64,000 nt of DNA from Amoebidium appalachense (Eukaryota; Protista; Ichthyosporea), in the NCBI GenBank assembly GCA_963693365.1, contig CAVNZM010000009.1, positions 9,623,076 through 9,687,075 on the forward strand. The letters run 5' to 3'. Shown in pieces: positions 1 to 11,538 of the stretch. The notes beneath the pieces were generated by a model. The model searched no databases, was not told the origin of the DNA, and saw only the letters and a program-made list of their open reading frames with translations. The position numbers and the translations under genes were made by a program. Numbering within the stretch: position 1 is the first letter of the stretch; the number at the start of each line of letters is the position of its first letter.

Positions 1-801
1 CCGAGGACAGTTCTTCCACCAGAACAAGATTGGGGGGGTGCAGGTATATAAGAGGAGGTTGCTTCCGATTTCTGGGGTATCTTCGATTTTGAGCAAAAAC
101 CTCGATTTTGCCCATTATTTTTTGGTATGGGGCAAAAGTATGCAATACTATATATGCTAGAGTGGTGTACTAGATTTCGGGACTCTAAGGAACTGAAAAT
201 TTCTTATTTCACTTCAAGAATCAGCAAAATCACGTTGGCCTCACCGATCAATGATAACCAAAACTTATACAGATTTGTTGCCCTGCTGAAAAGCGGCTCT
301 TGGCACTGTGTATGATTTGACACTAAAAAGACTGGAGGGGACCGGGATGCGGGAAAAGACGAGGAAAAATGGGGGGGGGGGGGGGGGGGGGGGGTAATGT
401 ATGTCGTGTAAACCATTGCAAAGTTTGCTTATGATTTTATTTGTCAGGAACAAAAAGTGTTGGATAACTCATCATTCTCGGTCAAGAAATTTACTGTGTA
501 AACCGTCCATGTACACAATAATACAATTATACTGCCGTCCAGTAGTAATCATAATCTGACTTTCAAATACAGAGTAGACGAATGAGATAGAGTTGAAGGA
601 CTTATCTAGATAAAAAAAGACTCATCGGCATCTAGTTCAAAAGACGGTGGACCACATGGAATCTTGTATGGCACTCAGTTTAGTAATGATAGACTAAAAT
701 TGTGTTTTCATTAACAGATTAGTGCACAGCAAATTCCAAAAACTACATCATAAGAAAACACGAGCAATCGCAAAAACAACAAAGAACAATCCTGCTTAAT
801 C

Positions 802-3437
802 TTAGATGGAGTTTGTTTCGGCCTCCTCTACGAGCTCGAGCAAATCATTATCGTCGGGCTCAATAGTCTGATTCTGGTCGACTCCATTTTCGGCTACTGC
901 AATTGGCTGTTGGGTCGAAAGTGGCGAGTTCTGGGCAGGTGTCTCGGCTGGTGCAGGTGCAGGTGTCGGTACTGGTGACGCTGCCGGGATCGGTGCCGGG
1001 TTGGTCGGGGGTGATGCCGGTGCTGGGTGCTGGGCAGGTTGCACACCCGATTCTGAAGTCGGGAGAGATGTCGGATTGGGCTTCTTCTTCTTGCGCGACA
1101 TAGCATCCAACAAACCGCCAGCAACTAGTGCGTCAGCAGCGGTACTGGTCCCGATGGCAGAGTATCCGAAGACCATTGGCTTGGGCCCCCCTGACAGCTC
1201 AGCTTCTTTGTCCTCCCGTGACCGCTTAGAGCTCGAGTAAGGATCGTCGTCTAGATCGCGGACGCGTTTCTGGCCCTTAAAACTGCCAGGTTTCCAGTAC
1301 TCGAGGATGCTGACACGGATTGCTTCGTTGAACTTCCGTTCACTTGTCATGTTGCCCCATGTTCCATCCGTGTTGGGACCCCCGAAGTCGAAGAAAACCC
1401 CGTCGTCCGACATTGCGAATTTCACGATTCGGTTGACCAGCTGCTTGGCCTCTTCAGAGGGTACACGAAGATCGGACTCGGCCTCTTGAGTCAGAGGCAA
1501 TATTGTCGCGTTTTTCGCCACGACAGCATGATACACTTGGCTGTGTAGCTCAGCGCTTGGCATGCGCTCCTTGGTCACCTTCTCACACAGAGCAGCGTCC
1601 GTGTCGAAACCAATCACACTGTGGCGCTCCATTGCCGCAGCCTCAACCACCGTGCCGGTGCCACAACATAGCGACAGAACGTGCCCGTTTGGGGGGCAGT
1701 AGCGACGGATGAGTGCTCTCTCCATGTTAACAGGTTTCTGCAAAAAAAAACCCGGATTCAGTCCTTAATTATGGTTCAAGCTTAGAAAAAAAGAAGTCAA
1801 GAAAGAAAGGGAATGAAAGACTCAAAGATTCATAAAAACAACTTAAGAAATGGAAAGGATTGACTTTCTTTGAGTTAAAGAGGCAGGAGAGAGAGTTCAA
1901 ATGTCTAGTCTCTGTTAGACAGCCACACATCTAGCTTTGACTCGACCTATTCGATTCTAGTTGAAAATACATATGAAATGACATCATTACACAATTTCGA
2001 ACCCAATTCCAAAATAAATCACAAGTGTCTAGTCTTTGTTAGACATCCACACATCTAGTTTGGACTCGACCTATTCGAATCTAGTTGAAAAATACATATG
2101 AAATGACATCATTACACAATTTCGATCCAAATTCTAAAATAAATCAAACAGTCTGGGGATTGGAAATCACGTGCTAAAATCATGAGAGGTCTAATCACGT
2201 GCTAAAATCATGAGAGGCCCTGTAGGTCAGTGTAGTAGTGACTGTGCACATAAGCAACCCTGCGCGTGCACAAACACAAACACGCACACACACAATACAC
2301 ATATCTGACATGTAACTTTCACGTTGTGCACAGAGAAACACAGACTGTGCATGCCAAACATTCACGTTATGTACAAGGACACACAGACTCAGTCACCGTG
2401 CATGCTAGCAGTCGTGAATAGTGTTTGTGGCTAACTTTGTGTACATGCCCTACACCATAACTGTTGAACAGCTGCAGCAGTGTTCGTGCATGCTAGCAGT
2501 CGTGAATAGTGTTTGTGGCTAACTTTGTGTACATGCCCTACACCATAACTGTTGAACAGCTGCAGCAGTGTAACAGGAAAGCGCCAGTGCCGTGCACGTG
2601 GGTGCACATGAAACAGATCGTGCGCGTGTTTGTGACAGGAGAATAATGGGGCCAGAGAAGAGATAGGGTGGGAGTGGCAGTAGCGCCTGGCGGCCTCGGG
2701 GAGGGGGGGGGGGGGGGGGGGAGAAGCGGGGAGGGGGAGAAGCGGGGAGGGGTGGGGGGGGTTTACCTGTTGGGGGCAAATGATGTTCTTTTCACCATCC
2801 CGCAAGTAATCGATCCCCATTCTCTGCGTAATGTCACCACGCGGGTAATGTGCCTGCGCCAACCAACTTGATTTGTCCTCCTCGGGCTCAGCAAAAAAGA
2901 ACCCGCTTGGTCGGTGATTCTTGTGGGGGGTGATGTGCACAGCGAGGACATAGCGGCCCGGTCCGTCCGGCTTCTTGAGGTGAGTGGTGCTGCTGCCCTT
3001 GGTGGATGGACAATACATGTAGTCGTCCATGGCGTGTCCGAGCTCCGACATCAATAAAACGAATTGCGCGTAGTCGACTGGGCCAAAGAAGGAGGCAACC
3101 AGTACAAATTCGCTGCGGCCGAGCGTCTCGTTCCATTTTTTCAGGCTGTGATGGGATGCAACGAGTGTGTAAGTGGGAAACCACTATGTGTGTGCAACAG
3201 TTAAAATTTCGTGTGTCAGTGTGGAATTGAACCCCACCAATCAACTTCCTGTCGAGCCACAAAGAAAAATGCAATGCCATCATCATGCATCATACATTGG
3301 GGGGGGGGGGGTAGACATGATTAACCCACACACTGGAACAGTCACAACAAAGCAGCCTATAACTTGTAACCTGAAAACAACCCCGGGTAAACCTAACGCT
3401 TACACATTGTCCGGAAGGCCGCAGAATAAAAATGTGT

Positions 3438-3510
<73 letters not shown>

Positions 3511-6102
3511 CATAGAAGTGTGTGTGTGTGTGTGTGTGTGTGTGCCCAATAGTGAGTGTACCCGTCGGACAGTGTGTGTGTGTGTGTGTGAGAGAGAGGA
3601 CATCAGGGTTGCCAAGGGAGGGTAGGTGGGGGCATGAAGGATCCATGCGCACACCCGGAAAGGGGGGGGGGGGGGGGGGGGGGGGGGGCTCAACGATGCT
3701 GCTAAGGTAGACGTTGCAAATTTGTTGGGAACTTCAAGCGGGATCACAAAAGGGGAGCCTTGTGGAGGGGGGGGGGTGGGGTGGGGGGGGGGGGGGGGGG
3801 GGGGGATAACGATTTCAGTGGGATAATATCAAAATAACATACTTGGTCAGGATTGTCTTGTAGTTTTCATTTTGTGAAGGGCACGTTGGACCCGTCTCCC
3901 CATCCGTTGTCCCCAGCTTCGATGCTTGATGGGGCGTCGATGCGCACGTACGGGAAGCCACCCTATCAAGGAGAAAGGGGAAATGTAAGGCTTAGCCTAT
4001 ATTGCGGTGTGTGGATGGGAGGGTTGGGGGAGGGTTGGGGGGAGAGGGGGGGGGGGGGGGGGGATGTGGTACCCAGTCACGAAACACAATCTGACAACAA
4101 ACAGCGTGATGAACACGTGACAACTCATGCAGCACACATAGAGCTGTAGAGGATGGGGGGGGGGGGGGGGGGGGGGGAGGAGAGGGGGTGAAGGAAACTG
4201 GAAGGAGACCCGGGAGGGGGGGAGTGTGTGAATGTGTGTGTGTGTGGGGGGGGGGGGGGGAGGGGAGGGGGGGGAGGGGGGGGGGGGGGGGGGGAAGGAA
4301 GAAGCAGGAAGTGTGAATGTACGGAAGAGAGTGGACTGAAAGGGAAGGGGGGAGGGGGAGGGGGGGGGGGGGGGGGGATGGGGAAGGGACGACGGGCAAG
4401 GAAGGAAGCTTGAAGGTTGGGGTGTGTGTGTGTGTGTGTGTGTGGTGGGGGGGGGGGGGGGGGGGGGGGGGGCAAACGGAAAGGAAAAGGGTTCCAGGGG
4501 GGGGGGGGGGGGGGGGGGGGGTTAGAATGCGGTACACAGTCACGAAGCACAGACTCGCAATGGACAAACTTTTAAGTGATGCACAAACGCAAGTAGGAAG
4601 CATGAGTAGAGCCCATCCTCAGGGACGTCCCAATGCATGGGGGGAGGAGGAAAGGGAATATGGGTGGGGCTCAAGTCTAGCAGGCAAGGGAGGGAGGGAG
4701 AGTGGAGAGATAAAATCAAAATGGTACGTACGCCAATGAAGAGGCGAATTGAGATCACGGAGGGAGGAGAGGAGTGGCTGGTCTGGGAGGGGGAAGATAG
4801 TGCATATGCAATGACGGGAAAAAGTGAGAGCAGAGGAGCGGGCAGGGGAACGAACCATACACTAAGACTGTGAAGGAAAGATAGTAACATAGGCATCGGC
4901 AAAGGGCGGGGGGGGGGGGGGGGGGGTTAAGGAGTAGCATAGGCATCGGCAAAGGGGGGGGGGGGGGGGGGGGTTAAGGGCAGGGGCGTAGCTTATGCAT
5001 GTTGTTAATAGCAAATTCATACCCGTGGTGAGGAGATCCTGTTGATGAGGGCTTCCTGGTCAGCAGTCAGTGTCTCGCCAGCCTCCTTCTTGAGGTTCTC
5101 CCTCACATAGCGGGACGTCAGGACATTTCCCGATGTGACATCGCCTTCCAGCACGGCGTAGGTTGTCCATGCGGCCGGGGAACTGTTGCTTTCATCAGGC
5201 TCAAGAACAGCCGTGAACTTGTTGATGCCGCAAAACCCAGCCGCCCCATGCCTGCCCCAGGCAGTGATTGAGTTGACGAGGGAACTTACGGCCGCCATGC
5301 CAGCAGGGTCCCTTTTGAAAAAGGGGAGGGCCATATCGTTCAGTTGCTGATCGCTCGGCAGAGTTGTCCCGAGGACCTTCCGTACCTGGGGTTGGTAATG
5401 GAGTTGGAGGGGAAGGGGGCTGGTCAACATTAAGCAAGCAGGACCTTTGCAAGCCTTTCGGAAAGTGAGGGGGGGAGGGGGGGGGGGGGGGGGGGGGGGC
5501 AGTCGAGTGCCTGATACAGAGGAGCATTTGTTTGTGTGACGTGTGTGTGTCCGTGTCCGTGTGTCCGTGTGTCCGTGTGTCCGTGTGTCCGTGTGTCCGT
5601 GTGTCCGTGTGTCCGTGTGTCCGTGTGTCCGTGTGTCCGTGTGTCCGTGTGTCCATGTGTCCGTGTGTCTGTGTGTCTGTGTGTCTGTGTGTCTGTGTGT
5701 CTGTATGTCTGTGTGTGTGTTCGTGTGTGCCCCTCCCCCCCCCCCCCTCCCCCCCCCCCCCCAAAGAAAAAAAAAAACAAAAAAGAAAATAATGTGTAGA
5801 TGCATACCTTTTCCCATGATGGCTTTCCGTCTTCGGCAATCGGTTCACCTGCTTTCTCGGCTGCCTGTCGGATTGTTGGGTTGAGTCTGTTCCACAGGAA
5901 AAGTTGCAGGTCCAAAAAAGCCTGCAGCAACGGGTGTAAGCCTACAGGTTAACTTTGCTTGAAAAAAAGCAACCGTCCGGAAAATCTTCCATGAAAACGT
6001 GTGTGGGGGGGGGTGGGTGTGGGTGATTTTCTATAGTTATATGTGAAGATGTTGGCCGACGGGGGTTGTTGGGGAAGTACGGCCAGTAGGTGGTAGCTCC
6101 GA

Positions 6103-6138
<36 letters not shown>

Positions 6139-7891
6139 AGTCAGTCTTGGTAGGCAGAGTAGTTGCTGAGTTTCCGTTTGGTAGATCAGTTAGGGTTGAG
6201 GCAGAAGAAGTATTGGGAGTAGAGGAGGTGGGGAGGGGAGGATTGAGAGTTATCACAGTAGACGTCTTTGGAGAGACTTCGAGAGGAAGACAGGCAATGA
6301 GAAGGGGAAGGCAGAGTTCAAAGAGGACCCGAGGGGGGGGGGGGGGAGGGGGGAGGGGGGTTGAAGGGGGCATGGAACAGGGCACCTCCCATGTGTGTGT
6401 GTGTGGGGGGGGGGGGGGGGGGGGGGATGGGACTTACCCTCTGCTGGAAAATTTTGTGTGGGAGCTTCTTCAGCTCCGACAGCTGGCTAGTCTCCAGCTC
6501 CTTCTCAAGCAGCTCAATCACCAAGTATGATGGCAGAAACTCGATGCCCCTGAAGATGGTGGGACTCAGGTCATTGGAGGCCTGCTTGAGGTCGGGCCTC
6601 CTTTTGCGTGCGTCGAATCCGCCTCCCGCATGGTGCACGTAGATCTGGGAGAGTAAGAAGGATTAAGTTACTGAAGGGAGTCTCGGTGAATGCACAAGAA
6701 CCCGTGGTAGTAACTACACATTAAGACACTGGGGTGTTATTAACAGGTCAGTCTGACGTCAACTCAACAAGGTGGGGACAAGGTGAGGGAAAGGTCGGCA
6801 GGCAGGTACTACAGGCAGGGGGATGGGACGAGGGGTTGGGAGGGGAAAGGGGGGGGATGGATGGACAAGGGGGGGCAAGGGGGGAGTTGGCCGTGCGAGT
6901 TGGGGAAGTTACCGGGCTGGAAGGGACAGGTGGGGTGAGGGAAAGAGGAGGGGGGAGGGACGGGGGGTTGCGGGGTTTTTTTATTTTTATTTTTATTTTT
7001 ATTTTTTTTATTTTTTTTGGGGGGGGGGGGGGGGTTTGTGTGGGTAAACGGAGAAGCAGAGAGCACAGATGGGTGTTATGTTATACACAACACAGAGACA
7101 CACGGGAGAAACACAACCGGAGAGGTGGAACGATTACTGGGACCATAGGAAATGAATTCGACTGCTTGATATTTATTTCAAGATGAAGTTCCTTTTATAC
7201 TCAGGAATGTGAAATCGATAAACCAATCAAAAGAACGAAAACTCTATTTTCCAATCAGAAAGACGTAAAAAATGAGGGTAAAATAAATCGATCGAAATGC
7301 CTGTCGACACAAAGAAGATAAAACGCAATCCTCTAATGAAAGTAATCTTCTAATAAAAGCACGGACACATTTAACAAAATGAAACCACTTATGTGTCTAT
7401 TAGTTCACATCTACATGTTCTTAACATAACACGTCTAAATGTAAGTATTCCTAATAGTTGGGGAACATAGAACAATTCTACGTCGTGGGAAAGGAAGGAA
7501 AAGGAATGAGGATAGAAAGGAATGGAATGGGAAAGGAATCGAATAGAATTAATGAGGAATGTAGATTACTATATTTGGGAAAATATAACGAGATCTGATT
7601 GGACGACATATTTAGACATTGACACAAACGACAATACGTGTGCGCGGGCTAAACATCTCGATGTGTACACAGATCTAAGATATCTGTGCACACGGAAACA
7701 GAAAGGAAAGAAAGAAAGGAAGAAAGGAAAAGGAAACAAACTACAACAAACTAATAAACATATATAAAACTCAACTTCTAAGTCTTGCCGTGAATCATGG
7801 GAAGATGACAGGGGGGGACATTTGGGAAGGGTCGGCGGAGTGAGGGAAGTGGGAAGGGAAAGGCCGGCAGGCAGGCGGTAACACACACGCG

Positions 7892-7936
<45 letters not shown>

Positions 7937-9128
7937 CTTGGTTTAGGGGAGAGTTCACACACCTTTTTGACCAATTCCCACTCCGGGTCGTCGAGGGTCA
8001 TCACCTTGATGTGGGGGAAGAGGACGTCATACAGTCTGGCTGGCGGCTCTCTCCCACTCTGCCGCGCTTTATCGACCTTGGATTGGACGTCCCTCCCCAG
8101 GAGCTGAAGATTCTCCCCGATCCATTTTTTTAACCTGAGCAGAGAAAACATGCTACCATAAGTGACCTGTATATGTGTGTTGAGACATTTGGTGCGAACA
8201 ATGACATCCTATGACCTATGTATCCCAATTGTCGAATGGAAATTAGATTTTGTTGTTTGGATTCACATCAGATCGATCTAATGGTGTCAATTGGTCGATT
8301 AGCATAATTTGGGATTCTCAAATTGTTGGGAACCCTTCGATGTCATTTCCAGTGTATACACCTAACCCGCAAAGTCATGCACGTACACATTGTCCCCCCC
8401 CCCCCCCCCCCCCCCCTCAACACACCTACCCACAGAAAGGCAGACACACGTACACGTCAGACACACGTACACGTACACGTAGACATAGAGTTGCTATACG
8501 TGAGGGAGGGAGGGGAACCAGGGTTGAAGGAGATATCAATAGGCGGGGGGGGGGGGGGGGGGAGGGAGGGAGGGGAACCAGGGTTGAAGGAGATATTAAT
8601 AAGGGCGGGGGGGGGGGGGGGGGGGGGGAGGGGGGGGGGGGCAGTCTGCCGAATGAAGGGCTGGTATACAGTTGGAGTGGTGTGTGTGATGGGATGCTAA
8701 GTTGTCTGTGTCTAGGGAGCCTAATTGGGGAATATGGTGTGAGGGGAAGGCTGGGGGGGGGGGGGGGGGGGGGGGGGCAGGAGCTGGCAGGAGGAAATGG
8801 TTCGGGCGCCCGGGAGAGAGAGAGGAGGACATGGTTCGAGAGTTCGGGAGTTCGGGAGAGAGGGGACAAGGGGAGGGGGGGGGGGGGGGGGGGGGCTGTT
8901 TACTTAAGCAATCCCCCATACTTCAAGGCCTTGATGCGCACATACGCGTCCGGACCGAGGGGCTTATTGGGTGGGATGCCGAGCACCTCTTTGATCTTCT
9001 CACGGCCGTTCTCGAGCCGAATAAACATGCTCAGCTCCATGCTCATCGTCTGGATCTTGTTGTGGTGGGCCCCGACTAGGCGCATCTCGTCCTTTGTCAG
9101 GTTGTAGTACACCTGCGCAATCGGGTGC
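802..9128 (-). CDS. Spliced, 5'-truncated gene (about 845 codons visible): ParB/Srx-like segment + helical linker + beta-class N6-adenine/N4-cytosine DNA methyltransferase-like domain + low-complexity tail
   Basis: Hand-spliced GT-AG exons: 9128-8904, 8134-7963, 6644-6438, 5941-5808, 5385-5023, 3962-3843, 3145-2767, 1737-802. The last junction builds CPQQ|[45 protein letters not shown], matching motif X HPTQKP, motif I DPFxGxGT and motif II. The upstream LEGDV...[12 protein letters not shown] sits in the motif IV position. The first exon [18 protein letters not shown] resembles the ParB C-terminal 'dlsdeeal.la..eN'. Two 1-nt frame slips are needed (near 6440-6455 and about 3872), both at or near homopolymers. 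There are no internal stops once these are corrected. Confidence 0.75.
1902..2570. repeat. Intronic tandem duplications (~124 bp x2, ~28 bp x2, ~88 bp x2)
   Basis: tgtctagtc..ttagac starts at 1902 and 2026; aatcacgtgctaaaatcatgagagg occurs twice at about 2165-2217; cgtgcatgctagcagtcg starts at 2397 and 2485. Confidence 0.85.
5541..5720. repeat. (GTGTCCGT)n 8-mer minisatellite grading into (GTGTCTGT)n, intronic
   Basis: Directly visible tandem octamer. Confidence 0.9.
7035..7810 (-). mobile_element. Solo LTR (diverged copy of LTR family B) in an intron of the methyltransferase-like gene
   Basis: Clearly homologous to 44711-45414. It ends ...gaagatgaca at 7810, the left terminus has lost a few bases into a poly-G run, and G runs flank both sides. 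Confidence 0.85.
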
Positions 9129-9189
9129 CTGATGTTAAGAAATGCCGTGTGGTGTGCTTGGCTGTGTGCAAGTCAGGGGAGGCAGACAG

Positions 9190-10609
9190 TACACAATCCA
9201 TTAGCCGCAACCCCCCCCCTCCCCCCGCTCGGCATTGTGCATGTTGACCTGGGGGGTCCTTACCCCGAATCCGTTGATCACAAGTTCTACGTCATGTGTG
9301 CGCAGTGTGATGCCACCGACATGTGCTTTGTGTGGTGCCTGAACAACAAGGCTGAGGCTGGGGACATCCTCAAGGCTTTCACCGTGCAGATGGAGCGCCA
9401 ACACAACTACCGAGTCGGCATTTTTCGCCACGATGGGGGGGAACTCACCGCCAAGCATTTTCGCAGTTTTTGCGAACAGCTGGGGATTGTGCAGCAACAG
9501 ACCGCACCTTATCAACACGGCCAGAATGGTAAGGCAGAGTGGCTGGTCGGCTTCATCGTGAAGATGGCGCGCACCCTAATGGCCAGCGTACCCGGGTTTC
9601 CGCGCCACCACTGGCCTTCCGCCGTCCAGACAGCCACCTACGTGTCCAATATGACCCCACACAAGGCCACGTTTGACAAAACTCCGTTTGAGGCATTTTA
9701 TGGCATCAAGCCCAACGTCTCCCACCTACGAGTCTTTGGTTGCCTGGCCTACCCCACTATCCCAGCCGAGAAACGTAGCAACAAATTGGCCCCACGCGCC
9801 GAACGCGGCATTTTGATTGGCTACGGCAGCGACGGGGGGGTGCAGGTGAAGGGATACCGCATATTGCTGGCCACCGAAAAGGGCTTTGGGAAGGTCGTGG
9901 TGAGGAGGAGTGTGGTGTTCGACGAGGGTATGACCCTGCACAAGGGCACCCCGACCCCCTTCAGCCCCACTACACCCACCAGCGTGTCGCACGATTCGCT
10001 GACTCCGGCAGCCAATCAGATCGAGCCACCAGTACGCCAGCCACCCGTTGATTCTGCCACAGCGGGCGAAGCTGTACCACACACACCACCGTGCACACCG
10101 GCTACCCAGGCAACCACACAGGAGGAGACTGCACCAGTTGCAAGTGCACAGCAACGGGCTACTTCCCCTGCGACAGCACCAACCAATCGGCGCGTGCGGA
10201 TTGGGGGGGAGGTTGTGCCTACCCACCACCAGCCACCTAGGACCCGTAGTGGCCGTGTGTTCAACTCTAGTGAGCACGTGGGTGGTGGACGCATGCGCGA
10301 CAACAGCAAGGTGCTAGCCATGACGGCAGCAGCCAGTGCTCTGGCCAGCACCATCACCAGCGGCAGCAACAGTGATGGCACCGGCATGACCGAGCCCATC
10401 TACTATGTAGCCGACGTGCCCATACCAAATTCGCTGAGGGAGGCACGTGCGTCATCTTTTGCACCACAGTGGGAGGAGGCCATGCATGCAGAGCTAGAAA
10501 AGCTGGACAAGTACGGCACCTACTCACTAGTAGACCCCCCACCAAGCTGCAAGCCAATCAAAGTGCGATGGGTGTATGACGTCAAGACCAACGCCAACAA
10601 CGCTGTTAT
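9190..10609 (+). CDS. Copia pol part 1: integrase core (VHVDLGGP / RHDGGE / QNGKAE), SH3-like GKGY region, start of RT
   Basis: ORF 9132..10640 contains VHVDLGGP, QNGKAE, HLRVFGC, KLAPRA...GYGS..KGYR, WEEAMHAEL and KVRWVYDVK. Confidence 0.9.
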
Positions 10610-11538
10610 TGTTGTAATACGTAGTATTTACATATGGTAAGATCTTCTCAGTTTGTGTTATGTTTCAGTTCATATGCTTAGTGTATATGCCACACTCCTA
10701 TTATGTAAAGTGTAGCATCGATCTCCGATATGCTTGTATACTTGTAATCGTGTTGTATCGGCTTTAATCGTGTGTTGTGATATCGATTAGAATATTTATA
10801 TGTGTGTACACGGATCCACCCACTCAGGGAGAGACGTGTACATGTTCGTGTGTACATAAATATCTCTGGTTATAGTTATGCTATTACTATCTTGTTTGTT
10901 GATCTGTGCTCTCTTTTCCTTCCTCTTTCTCCTTCCTTATTTTCTTTTCTTTCTCTCCTTGTCTTCATGTGTATAATCGTATTTCTTTTCTACTAATATA
11001 TGTTAGGTAGATAGATTTGTGTTACTTAATACGTGTTCATTGGACGGTAACACACTTAGGCTACACTTAGAATAGCATGTGTGTTTAGACTTCATTAATT
11101 CACTTTAGTTTTCATGTGTTGCCGGGCTTTAACCAATCATCAAGGTTAAGTGTGATATGTCTGAGTCTTTGCAGTATGTCACAGGTTAGAACTTCCTTGA
11201 TGATGACACGAGTTGATCTTAACTAGTGTCTGTGTCCTATCGTGTACGTCTCCGCGTACCGGATCTCTCTGAAAGCAATTGGTTCTTAGTGATTGGTTTC
11301 TATTAGAGATAGATCTGATTTCCGACTGGTCGGAAATCATGTATGGATTGGACTTAGAGGAATTTCAGGTATTTATTCGAAGATCAGAATAAATTCAGTT
11401 CAGTCGTGTCTAAACATTGATGTCTGTTGTGTACACTGCTCCGATCGTTCCGTGTTTTGTTGTTGTGCGTGTCTGTGGTGTTTTTACACTGCACCACTGT
11501 GTCTCTGCTTTCATCCCAAATACTTATACAATTTAACA
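10610..11538. mobile_element. 929-bp solo LTR (family A) nested in the Copia RT
   Basis: Termini TGTT...AACA with a 5-bp TSD gttat at 10605-10609 and 11539-11543. Removing it restores NNAVIRFRARLVAKG in frame. Confidence 0.92.

Noticed and set aside
3330-3760. Two extra candidate MTase exons (about 3758-3690 and 3370-3335)
   Set aside because: One has an in-frame TGA, and exon 3962-3843 splices in phase directly to 3145 giving a sensible sequence (YKTILTN|LKKWNE).
3290-4950. Numerous poly-Pro/Gly/His-Thr/Val-Cys ORFs here and across the window
   Set aside because: They are translations of intronic homopolymers and microsatellites.
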